Below, one piece after another: positions 39,923 through 51,964 of a stretch of 64,000 nucleotides of DNA (its first letter is position 1; each line of letters starts with the position of its first letter). Origin of the DNA: Camelus dromedarius (taxonomy: Eukaryota). The notes beneath the pieces are model-generated. The model searched no databases. It was not told where the DNA came from and saw only the letters and a list, made by a program, of their open reading frames with translations. The DNA is taken from contig NC_087437.1 of the NCBI RefSeq assembly GCF_036321535.1, positions 37,264,001-37,328,000 of the forward strand, written 5' to 3'. The position numbers were made by a program, and so were the translations under genes.

Positions 39923-41934
39923 TCTATATCATTTGGCCTTCAATTTAAGGCCAAAAATAAATAAATAAATAACTACAGTCTCAGGATACTTTATTACTTT
40001 GGAGAAGACGCTACTAGAAAACAAGTCGATTTTTCCCCAAGGAACAAAATTCTCTTTTTCACTTAAACTTTTTGGATTCTCCATTAAAAAAATAAACAAA
40101 CAATAACAATAACAGCAATAAAAATGTAAGTATATGACAAGGATTAAAACAATCATAATGAAAGCTTGATTGAAGTCCAGAAATGACCTAGAGATCGCAT
40201 ACAATGTGAAAAAATACATGTGACACCTTGTTGTTCAATTGGAGATAGCCTAAATCTACTAAACAGTTGCTTTGATAAACCAGTTCTCTAACTGAACAAT
40301 CTTTGCCTTTTGAAATTTTGATTTAAGCATGAAAATGCTCTTCTATCCTGCCATATACTAATTTTCTTAATTTCTTTGTTTGCCTAACTACTACGTTGCT
40401 GACTTCTATTTTTTGCATCATCATCACTCTAACATTTATGTAGCAGCAAAGTCTAAGACCTAAAGAGTTTTTGAATTGCTCTCTAGGTAAAAAGTGAGCA
40501 CAGGTGAATCTGACGGGGAAAAACAAACAAAAGAAAAACACTTCACATTCTGAAATTAATCCTCCCCCCACAAAAATGGAAATATGATAAAGAATAATTG
40601 TCATGCTTGGAGTTATGCTGAAAATTTACGGAAGCTCTCTATCCTCCTCATACTTGCTATTCAATTTAGTGTATAGACAAATACTAAGATTGCTGCCAAC
40701 TTAAGAAAGGTAGGGAATAGTTTAATTTATGGTTAACATCTGTACTGATTGGTGTTTATGCTAAATTTTACATCCCAAGTGCCTTATACATAGTAGCGTT
40801 TAGTAAGTAGTAGTTGAAATAATAAGTGAACAACTTGATGGATTATTTTTATTAAATATGCATCTCCCTTGATGTTGTAATTTGTGATTGTGTAGTATAA
40901 TTTGAAGAATGTTGCTGACTTTCTCTACCGTTTATAAAGATATACTGCATAAAGGAAAACAATGATGCCATCCTCCCCTCTACATAACTTACATGTCCAA
41001 TTATTAGTGGACAGGTTGCTCTTTTGAGTGTTATTTTAAAAGAACTAAGAGCACTGTCTCCAAAGTTCACCAACAAATTGCACAGACACTGTCCAGTGGT
41101 AGAGAGACTTTTAGATTGTTATTTTGTATCCAAATGATCATGTATCATTATATCTAAAAGTAATGCAAAAACCCTTAAAAGATAGAAATCTTGAGTTGAA
41201 CAGAGGTAAGTTTTAGTCCAGGTATACAAAAGAAAGCAGCAGTGACAGGTCCTGGGTAGCGACTGTATCCAGAGCAATTTAAGATTGAGGCGAGTAGATG
41301 AAAATTAAAGAGAAGTACTGAAGTCTTTCCACTATACAAAATTTATTCTGGTTTGACAAATAGTTTTACCCAATATAATTAATTTTAATTATTATTAGAA
41401 AAACCTTGAAGAATTTTAAGTATACTCCAATGTACACATACATAAGGTCAGGAAATCACTAACTTAGTTCTATTCTTAACTTATTTGTGCTTCAAAGTTC
41501 TGGATGTTCTTAAAAAAAAGATCTTGATATTTTGTCTGAAGGCTAGCAATTTTTAAGACGAAATTTAGTATTCTAACAAGACATTTGTCTTTGTTTAAGG
41601 TCATCCTTACAACTTTGAAGAGAGAACATGCTGACAATTTATGAAGCAAATGTCGTCTAACTACCCATCGAATAGGGCAAACTTACATTACCTGTCAAAG
41701 CTACACTGAGAAATTGCAAGAAAAAGTAACTGCACAGAGAATGTATCTATAGTCTTGTCATTTTTTCCTCTATGTTGAATATGCCAGTAGAGAGTTAGAA
41801 TCAGATTACTTTTCTGAATAGAAAATTAATAATGAAGACTAACAAAGATGTGAAGGTCACTATTTCAATTTAAAAAAAAGAACACAGTCTTCAGGCATAC
41901 TGATTTCTTTCATTAATCACAAAATACAATGGGA

Positions 41935-42250
41935 AAAATATACAGAGAAGCAGAGTTTAAGTACAGTACAAGGAAGAATATTACAAGTGTCTGAAATGGT
42001 ACCTATATTTCTGTGAATGATCAATAAATACACAGCATTCAATTGAATAGCTGAATCTATTCAAAAATTGAATGGGCTTTCTTGAGTGTTAATGAGGTTT
42101 CTTATTACTAAAGTGTCTTCTTATTACTGGAGGTATTAAAGGAAGTTCTAGGTGACTGTCATTAAGATATGAAATATAAAGAATTCTTTTCATTGAGTTT
42201 GAATTTGGACTAGATTGCCTACTCAATCTTTTCCTACTCTATGACTTCAT
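41935..42250 (+). mobile_element. L3/CR1 LINE 3' end
   Basis: 'aaggaagaatatt...aattgaatgggctttcttgag...tactggaggtatt...ttggactagattgcctac...ttcctactctatgacttc'. Confidence 0.65.
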
Positions 42251-43419
42251 AGTTTTAGTAGAGCTCAATAATTATGAATACATATAATCAGATAAAATAT
42301 TATAGCCTTAATATATATATTCATGTAACTTTCATGTTTCAGTGGATAGTAAAGAATAGGTAATTCTGGTTGCTTACAGATAATCAAGAGCTACTATATA
42401 TGAATCAAAAACTCTTTGAATTAAATGAGTCCTTTGAAAGCATCAATTCTAATTCTGTAATTTTGTGATGAAGGAATTGAATTCAGATGTGTGCCATATT
42501 CAGATCCCCCTACATAAGGAAGTTAGGAATTTATTACTGCCTCCTGCTTCAGTCCTCTTTCTTTTATTAGTATTTTTCTAATGTATCTAATATATTTTTA
42601 TTACCTCCCCTTGACTCTATATTTGAAACTTCTGCATGAATAAATCTTTACTGGAAACTGTATTTTCCTTTTAAAACATATGCCATCAGAAATGTATTTT
42701 TATTTTAATGAAAATATGGTAAAAGGCAATGATTAATTAATAAGTATTATTACTTAAAAGTTATAAGAATAGAAAGCTAATAATCAATTAATGGCCTAGA
42801 CCTTCAGTGGCTCAAGAGGCAGACTTGCAGACTAACAGTGTCTGGATTCTGCAATGCAGCAGGAATTAAAAACATCTAGTGATTACATGGCAATGGGAGG
42901 AAATTTTTAGCATCCATTAAAATCAGGAGTGTCAAACGAAGTCTAATAACTCAGTGGATATTGTGATTAAAGCACAACAGATTGCAGTTCCTCAAAGTCA
43001 AAATGTAAAAGGGGGAGGAAATATTAGCGCCAGGTTAAATTATGCTCATTGAGTATCTAGTTATGGAGGCGGCCAGACCAAACACAGGTGGTATTTCTGA
43101 TGTCTATTGCTTAATTTAAACCATGCAAGTTTTAGGTCAACTATGTATCTAATAAGGTTTCACAAAAACTTATTGACGTTTATTATAGGGGAAAGAGGCA
43201 TTTCAAAGTTGTAACAGTTTGAAACTGGCTCAACTGCTTGGTCCCACCTGTGGCTTTTCTGGTTTCCACACTGCCTTTAGAATAGAATATATTACACATG
43301 TGCTCTGATAATGTCTTAACTCTCTCAGGAAGGCTTTTCCCTCAGAACAGTCTGTTGTTGTTGCTGTTGTTTCAGAGAATTCTGTCTCTGTCTGTCTCTC
43401 TCTCTCTTTGGTTAACTGG

Positions 43420-43704
43420 TATATGCGACCCAGAGGTGTGTGCTGCTAACGCTCATGGGGCTGCCCTTGACCAAGGGGGACTGAAAGTAAATACATACAT
43501 AAACACATACTATCCCTCTGTGCATACCAGAGCCTTCGTGACTGAGCCCTGGGGCTCATAATAAGGGCCAACTTGGGGAAATGCATTTTTCCTTCCTTTT
43601 TGATTCCCCTGTCTCTCATTCCTAGTCCCTGATGTCACTACCCAAATAAACTACCTTTAACCCTGTTTATCAGGGTGTACTTTTAGGGATCTCAGCCTAA
43701 GACA
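43420..43704 (+). mobile_element. ERVL LTR16-like 3' part
   Basis: 'ggggctgcccttgaccaa...cccaaataaactacct...tagggatctcagcctaagaca' canonical LTR16/33 end. Confidence 0.7.
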
Positions 43705-45160
43705 TCCAAGATTGAGTCCTCACTGTTATCAGTGTGGTTGCGTAGATCTGAGTTAGCTGGAGCCCTTATGCTCATCACCTACTGTTGGAATCACGCTCAA
43801 CTGTTTATCAGTGTGTTGTGGAGGTATTACCATCTTTTAAAGTGAACCATTATGTGAAAAGATTTGAAAACAGTGCAATATGGTATAAATGTGTGATGGC
43901 TTGCTTTTGATTACAAAGCTCATAAAGCTTACAAAGAACTGACTAACAATGCAATTGATACAATTTTACTTTTGAATACCAGGTTATTACTTTATCCAAT
44001 TAAATTACTAATTTAGACGGTGATATGACTAACAGAGTAGACAAAAGGAAATTGTCTAAAGAGCAGAGAGGAGCATAATGACAAAGTGTGAACATGAATA
44101 AGGTGACAAGTCACAAGCTAACTCTGAAACATTTTGGATTTTGGCAGAAGTGTGATTTATTACCTAGCATGTAGAAGAACTGGAAGGTTGTTTTTGAATT
44201 GTATTTTAAATAGTAAAATGAAAATACCTTAACTGTGGGAAAAGAGCCAAACCATGTGGCATAACCACATTATACCCTGCTACCCAGCTATCACTATTTT
44301 TATGGATTCCTTATGGCTTGAAAAGTGACTCTCGAACACTTTAAAACCACTACTGACACTCCTTAAAGTGATATCTTCTTATAATGTACATGAAGTTCTA
44401 TGAAATTTGATCTTCCAACTTACGAGCTGTAGGACGATACCCATTACTCCATGAAAGGGCAATGCTCTCACATAATTAACAGGTGTACACAGAGATAATT
44501 AACGCTTCTGCACTTACTACTAGACTTTAACTAAATATTATTAAAATAGAAGTCTTTGGTAAAAGATTAAAAGAAACACCATATATATGAGAAGCAGTAG
44601 TTATAATTTCATTCCTAGTATTTTTATAAATAAATTTATGCATATTCATTTTAGGCTTCCCTTTTCCCTATTCCATTTTTAAGATGTTAGAACATAATAC
44701 ATGTGAATCACGTTTCCATTAAAAAAGAAAAAAAAAGGAGAATTTTTCATTACAGTCAAAATCTGGCATCATATGACTATCATTTTAGAAATTCAGCCAA
44801 AGCTTCCACCGTTCATTCCACTATCTCTATAATGGGTATATATGTATCTGTTTATTTATAATTACATGTGGAGATATATACATACACACACATAACATAT
44901 GTAACACAAATGCACGTATAATGCATATAATACATGTGTGTTTAATATATAAATATATGTTTATTTCTAAATTGTATGTTGTAAAATTTTTGTACATTTT
45001 AAAGAAAATGTTTAAAAACCTTAAAAAAAGGGGCAAATATTTTCTTCCTACAACAGAAGGGATGGTCTTGTGCATCCCTTGACAACCCCTGCTAAGGTAG
45101 GTGTTTCTTTGTCCTTTTACATGGGCTGTGGATGGAATATAGAACCCTGGGGTGCTGCAT

Positions 45161-45491
45161 GAGGGACTGACAAACATTTTCTGTAAAGAAAAAAAGAGTA
45201 AATATTCAGGCTTTTCAGGCCATACTGATTCTTTTTCAACTACTCACCCTCTGTTGCTGTCGCGTGAAATTAGCCATAGACAGTGCTTAAATAAATTAAT
45301 GTACCTGTGTTCCAATAACACTTTATTTGTAGACACTCAAATTCAAATTTCACTTAATTTTCACATGTCAAAACACTACTCTTTGAATTTTTTCACCTTT
45401 TAAAAATGTAAAAACCATTTTGGCTTACAGGCCATGAAAAACTTGGTGGCAGACCAGATTTGGCCCATGGGTCATAGTGTGCTGAGCCCCA
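45161..45491. mobile_element. MER58B (hAT-Charlie MITE)
   Basis: 'caaacattttctgtaaag...ctgtgttccaataacactttattt...aaatttcacttaattttcacatgtca...cagatttggcccatgggtcatagtgtgctga'. Confidence 0.9.
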
Positions 45492-47804
45492 TACAATATG
45501 AGAAAGAGAGAAAAAAAAAGATTGAGAGACAGAGTGAGAGAATGCAGAATCTAGGGATAAACACTGTATTTATTTTTATCACAATTGCATTCTTAGTGCA
45601 TTCCTGTAGCCCAAAGCAGTGCCTCACATGTAATAAACATATAGTGATGTATTGAATAAAAGAGTATAATAATTTTTTTATTGTTGATCAGGACAGTTAT
45701 TCTAAGGCACTGGGGGAAAAAAAGCAATTATTAAATTAGAAAAAAAAAAGTGTGTCCAGTTGCTTACAGTAATAAATTATTAATAAGAAAACAAACCACT
45801 GAAGATAGTTAATTATAACTTAAAGTTTTAAAATCAAAACCTTATATTGCTTTAAGTTGTCTACTTTAGCATATAATTTCTAAGAAGTCTTTCATACAAA
45901 ATTAAAAACACTTGTTGCCATATTTAATATTATTCTAAGTAAATTTCAGAATAAAAACATTTTTAATTTAGCATCTTTTAATTTTTGGCTAATTTAGTAA
46001 AAGAAAAAACTCTTTGTTTTGCATTGTTTTCATTTTACTCCGTTATACCTATCTGCCATCATTTATGTTTTCACTCTGATATTTTTTATCTAATTTTCTC
46101 AATAGTCTTTTTTGAGGAAAACTAACCCAAGCTAGTTGCAATATACTATATCTCAGTACAAAGATATAAATATTAACAAAGTCTTCATGTTAAACTGCCA
46201 TATAGTTTCAGTTTTTTGTTTTATATTGTATTTTTTTTCTCAGAAACATTCTTTTTTTAATGTGCTACTTAAATTCATTCTCAAATATTTCTTCATAGTA
46301 TTTACTCCTAGCAAGCTTTTCTTTAGCATCTCTTTATGCTTCTTTTAGTGTTTTGTTTTGTTTTATTTTAACTTCTTGGTTTCTCTTTTTGTTGTTTTTT
46401 GCTTTTGGTACCATAAAGTATGATAACAAGTAAGCAATGTGAAATGCTCCACCACATTCAAATGCTAGCATGCTCAATCTCCTTTACTTTCTTCCTTAAA
46501 TTTAATTAAAATCATCTCAAGGAGCCATTGGCCAGAGTAGCAGAAAGTCTGATACCTCCTTCTTTAATACCACATCAACCCGCATTTCCAATTTCTAATA
46601 TATGTAATCAATAGTTCATTTCTAAATGATCTATGCCGTCTGAAAGATGTCTACTCAGCTTCTGTATACAAGCAATGAGAGCTAAGGTTTTTAATCAGCC
46701 CATGGCTGCTCTGATATCCAGCTGTCACAATGTGATGCTACCCAGCACTGATCTTCCATAGCCCGAATGCTACAAAGTTCTGAGGCAGCTCTGCCTTGCT
46801 TGATCTGATCCAACAGAGGCCAGAGTTTATCTTTCACATGACATTGATTCGGATGTCAATTCCTCTGTGTCAGGTTTGACCCAGGAGTCCCCTGAGTTCC
46901 CACAGAGGTATTCCTCAAGGTTCTAGTTTTCTCAAATAAGTAATTCTCCAAGTTGTTTGCGATATAAGAAGTGTGAACAGGTTTGTTTAGCTGTTTACTG
47001 TGCACATTTGCAACTGTTACTGTTTTCACAAGCTTAATTATCTAACCAGGAATTGAGGAGTTTATTTTCCTTACTATGAAACTGAAAGAACCCCTCCTAT
47101 GTCCTGTCCCAAAGTGGGAGGGATTAACTGACTTCTTCATGGGGTCAAATACTATCAAAGATTCTAAAAAATGTAAAAGAGAAAGTTTCTAGCACTTCTT
47201 TACTATGATCACAAAAAAACAAAACAGGACATGAAGCATAACACAAATACATTCAGTGTGAGAGACTTTTCACTAAAGTTGACATTATTATTTTTTGTTA
47301 ATAAGTCATGACTGCAATTCCTAAGAGTAATGTGGTGGTATTTCCCATTAGACTTTAGATCATTCATATTTAAAAATTAAATGTGATACATTCTAAAAAG
47401 AGGTATCAAGTGGATTTTACAAAACTGTAGGAATAAAATTCTTTATGGTAGAAATGCCTACAGCATTATAGTGAGAATTACTAAGAAAATAGCCTCTATT
47501 TTCAGAAGTTTATCTTGTGACAACTGCAGAAATGAGATATTCAATAAACATTCAATACAGTCACAGGAAGTCTTAATCTAATTATATGACTTTTACTTTA
47601 AGATACATTTATTTAAATATGCTGTCAAATAAGTCATTAAAATAATTACTTATGGAGTTTTAATTCAAATTCATAGGTTTCATGCATCTCTGTGCATGTT
47701 TATTCAAATTATAAGTTTCATGCATTTTTGTTCTTATTTATATTAAACACCTATTTGGCATATGATAAAAATTAATTCTCATTCAATAACATCCATTTTT
47801 AAAA

Positions 47805-48800
47805 AACTCTTCTTTGAGATGAATCTACATACAGAAAAGTACACATGCGTAAGTGTAGAGCCCAATGTATTTTCCTAAAATGAGGATATCTGTGTAACCA
47901 CATTCACATTAAGAAACATTAGTTGCATCTCAGAAGGTCTCATGTCCCCTTCTACCCAATAACCCACTTCCAACTGAAGAGATTCACTTTTGTAACTCCT
48001 AATCAACAAATTAGTTTCGATTGTTTGGTACTTTATGTAAATGGAATCATATCGTTCATTCTCTTAAGTTTGACTCCTTTCACTCAATTTTATGTTTATG
48101 AGATCTATTCCCATTACTTCATGTGATTATATATCATTTATCTTCATTGCTGCCTAGTATTCCAGTTTCTCAATATGCCATATTTATCCATTCTCCTAAT
48201 CACAGTACAGGGTTAGTGGAGCATTTGAAGTTATTACTCATTGTGCTGTTATATGAATATTTAATACATGTCTTTCGGTGAACACACACATAAGCATTCC
48301 TATTAGGCATAAGCCTAGGAATAGATTGCTAGGTCATATGGTGTACACATACTAATGTTTAGCAGATATTGCCAAATACTTTTCATTAGAGCTTATACTG
48401 ATTTATACTCCCTCAAGCAGCACATAAAAGTTCTGGTTGCCTCATTTATTATTTTCTATTTTTTTATTACTCTGAAGGGCATGTAGCAGTATCATGTAGT
48501 TTTAGTTTGCATGTCTCTAATGATGAATGAAATGGATAATGTTTCATGTGTTTACTGGCCACTTAGAAATCTTTTATGAAGCATCTGTCAAGTATTTCAT
48601 TTTTTTCTATTGTATTATCTCTTAGTTTTTGTTGATTTGTAGTTTTTGATATATTCTGGATGAGTCCCTTGAGGGACATCTGTATTATGATTATTTTCTC
48701 CTATTCCAAAGATTGCTTTTCTATTCTCTTAATGGTATCTTTCCTTAGATGCAAGTTAATTAACTTTAATAAAGTTTATTTTAACTTTTTTCTCTTGTCA
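47805..48800 (-). mobile_element. L1ME/L1MD-type 3' region (~1 kb)
   Basis: 'acatacagaaaagtacaca...tgtgtaaccac...atgtaaatggaatcata...cctaggaatagattgctaggtcatatgg...gtttgcatgtctctaatgatgaatga...atatattctggatgagtccc'. Confidence 0.85.
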
Positions 48801-49844
48801 GAAAATTTGTGTTTTTAACTCCTTTTGCTAACATTGAGAAATCTAACAATATCATCAATATATTTAGTTACTTTCTCCATCCTCCTATATATAACCAACA
48901 TCCTGAAACCTATAGCTCTTACCCCAATTGACTTCTTTCCTCACATGGGACTCAAGCCACAGGAGGACTCACTCTTTGCTTGCATCTATTTAATGCCTTT
49001 TGACAACATTGTGAAGGAAAAATGAAAGGAAGGAAAGAAAGAGGAGTCATACTTTATTCTGGATAAATTTTAGAGGACAAGTCTAATTTTGCTTTAAGGC
49101 AAGAGCAATGACAAAAAATAAAAGGATAAAGAGACTGATGCAATTTATTTCTATTTCATGAAGAGGGGTAAGGTCTTTCCTTTGGTCTTTATTATATAAT
49201 ATTACTATTATTTGTGTTAAGGGGTGTCACAGGGAATACCACCAGTAACATTCTAATCTTGATTTTATTATATGTTACTAATGAGTATCACACAATTATC
49301 AGCCCCCACAGCACAATTTATTAAAAGATAGAACATGTTGATGTCTTTTGTAGGTTTCCAAAATAGAGTTAGCAAACTGAAAATGATATATGGTTTACCA
49401 TTATTTTCTTGTGTCCTCAAACTGTAAATAATTACTAATGCTCTATCTTGCAAAACCATCTTGTACTTTTTAAAATATCTTCCTTCTGTTGATTTCCACA
49501 ATCATCATCTTTATTGCTGTTTTCAGAAATTTGAGTTATTAATTTTTTTAGATATTCTATTAAACACTGAATAGAGTATTAAACAGGTACTTCAGAAAGC
49601 TTTTACTCTGCTGAGGTTTTACATGGAATGTGAATGTTATTAGGTTAATATTACCTGTGCCATAAATTGGTATCAAAATGTACAGTGGTGTAAACATAAC
49701 ATGATTTTTTTCTGCAAAATAATTTCAAAGGTGAGTTTTCTTGGCCATCAGGAGGATGCACCTCCCTAAAATCACTTAAACTAAAAAAACTTCTTTAATC
49801 TTCAACTATGGCTTCAAAGTTCATCATGATAGATGCCACTGGGT

Positions 49845-50060
49845 CAGCCAGAAAGTGGATAGGTCATGTGGCACATGTGGGGGGTTTCTATGGGCCAGGC
49901 TTTAAGTGGCTCTCCTCATTTGTTCTGTTCCCATTCTGTTGTCTAGAACCCTGACACATGGCCCAATGAAACGGCAAGAGAAGCTAGGAAATGCAAGGTT
50001 GATGTATGCCCAGGGAAAAGGAGAAACAGATTCTAATGCATAGTTAAAAATAGCTGCCAT
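49845..50060 (-). mobile_element. MaLR LTR fragment (MLT1I/J-like)
   Basis: 'tctatgggccaggc...cccattctgttgtctagaac...cacatggccc...gcaagagaagctaggaaatg...gcccagggaaaagga'. Confidence 0.7.
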
Positions 50061-50234
50061 AGCATTCTATTAAGTACATAAAAAGCAAACCTGCTCTGGT
50101 TGAAACTCAAAAGTGAGCCTATCCGTACCACCCAGTAGATACTGAATAGATACCCACTCAGCCCCTTAGAAAACAGAAAAAAAATAGCAACAGCAACAAC
50201 AAGTCTTCTCCAAAAAAATCTAGGTTTTCATAGA

Positions 50235-50790
50235 ATATTGTTTGGAAATTATGGCATAAAAATGCACATATTTACTCAGAAATCCAATTCTTGGAACTGT
50301 ATACTGTAAAACTGAAAGCATATTTCAAAAACAATTGCATTACAAATGTACCCATTGAGTCAGCAATCTCATTTCTGGGACTCCGTACTATAGAAATACG
50401 AGTATATTTTAAAAACTGTTGCATTAAACATGTACTCACTGTCTCAGCAAATCAGTTCCTAGGATTCTATACCAAAAAATGAAAGAATATCATGTTGGAA
50501 AGCTCTATTCTCAGCAAGTTGTTCTTCAGAATGTTTTCTGAAGCATTGTTTGCAGTAGCAAAAGCAAAATAAAACAAAAATCGAACTAGACTGAAAGTGG
50601 AAACCCTTCAATAGGCAAGTAATAGGGGAAGAGATGCATAAATATTTTAGACTCATGAAATATTATGTGACTGTTCCTTAGAACTAATTCTAGTTGGATG
50701 ATAGAAACTTCTGCCCTGTATTGATAGATGAGAAAAGCAAGATGCTGATCATTTTATGTAATATGAGCTCATTTTCCTAAGACGATAAGA
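50235..50790 (+). mobile_element. L1ME-type 3' fragment containing an 84-bp triplication
   Basis: Three copies of the 'actcagcaat..catttctgggaat.tat' (DPAIPLLGIY-derived) motif, followed by 'agcattgtttgcagtagcaaaa...ccttcaatagg'. Confidence 0.6.
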
Positions 50791-51861
50791 AAATACCCAA
50801 TATTTCTAAGTGCAAAGGGCATGAGTGCGAGAGAGTTATAACCATGATGAGAAATACCATTTTGTTTAATCTTTTGAAGTTGTTACTTGTCATGGTTGGG
50901 GTCAGGTGAGTGCTAGAAGTAAGAAAACAAAAAGAGCACACAGTAATTTAACCCAGTTAATGACAGTATTAATGATATAATAGATGATATTTTCAGTGGG
51001 AACACTAGAGTATACACAAAATGGAATAACTGGACAGATACTCACACAATTATCACGATTTGTGAATTAGTGTGATATGACTGAAGATGGGCTTCACTTG
51101 TTACTTTTCTTTACTTTTATGTATTCTCTGATAAATGTAGAAATGTTCCTATAAAACTCTACTTACAGATTTTCTTTTCTTTTCATTTTTTAACACCATC
51201 AATATAAACAATTCTAGTGAAAAAGAGCCAGAGATGAGATTCAGATTCAAATCTTCTAATTCCAATAATCCTTGAATAATTCATGTATTTTTCACTTGTT
51301 TAGAACAAAAAGTTCTGACACTTTCTACAGTAAATGTCCTTTTGAGCTCATCAAGTTCAGTTGGCAAGAACCTGATTATTAATATATGTTTGTGTATGTC
51401 TGTGTTTGATTGGTTCAAATAACTACAATTGTTCGCCTAAATGTAGGTGGCTATGCCACAGATCATATAGTTGCCCCAAATATGAGACATATATTTGAAG
51501 AGTATTTCAGATGTGCATTTTTAGTAATGGGTCATAATAATAACTATTGTACCAATATTCTATTTGCAGAAGCTTTTCAAAGAGCCTAATGGACCCTAGG
51601 GCAGATTTTAATTTCTCATTGGCAATACAAAGAGAATGGTGTGTATATTCTTTTACAATTATAAATAATTCAGATGAGTGTTCTTTTAAAGAAGATTTCT
51701 CACCATTTTTCCATTTGAATCTTTTTAGCAAGTTTCTGATGTGTTTTGGTTTCTTTTTACTTATTGTGCCCTGCATTGAAAAGAGGTATGTACAACAATC
51801 TCTAACAATTCTGTAATAGATTGTTATGCTTTGGAAATTCAACTGACTGTCAGAGAAGTCA

Positions 51862-51899
51862 ATCTATCTATCTGTCTGCCTGTCTGCCTGCCTGCCTGC

Positions 51900-51932
<33 letters not shown>

Positions 51933-51964
51933 ATCTATCTATCTATCATCTATCTATCTATCTA
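51862..51964. repeat. Compound tetranucleotide microsatellite (TCTA)/(TCTG,GCCT)/(TCTA)n with TCA interruptions
   Basis: Direct reading. Confidence 0.95.
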
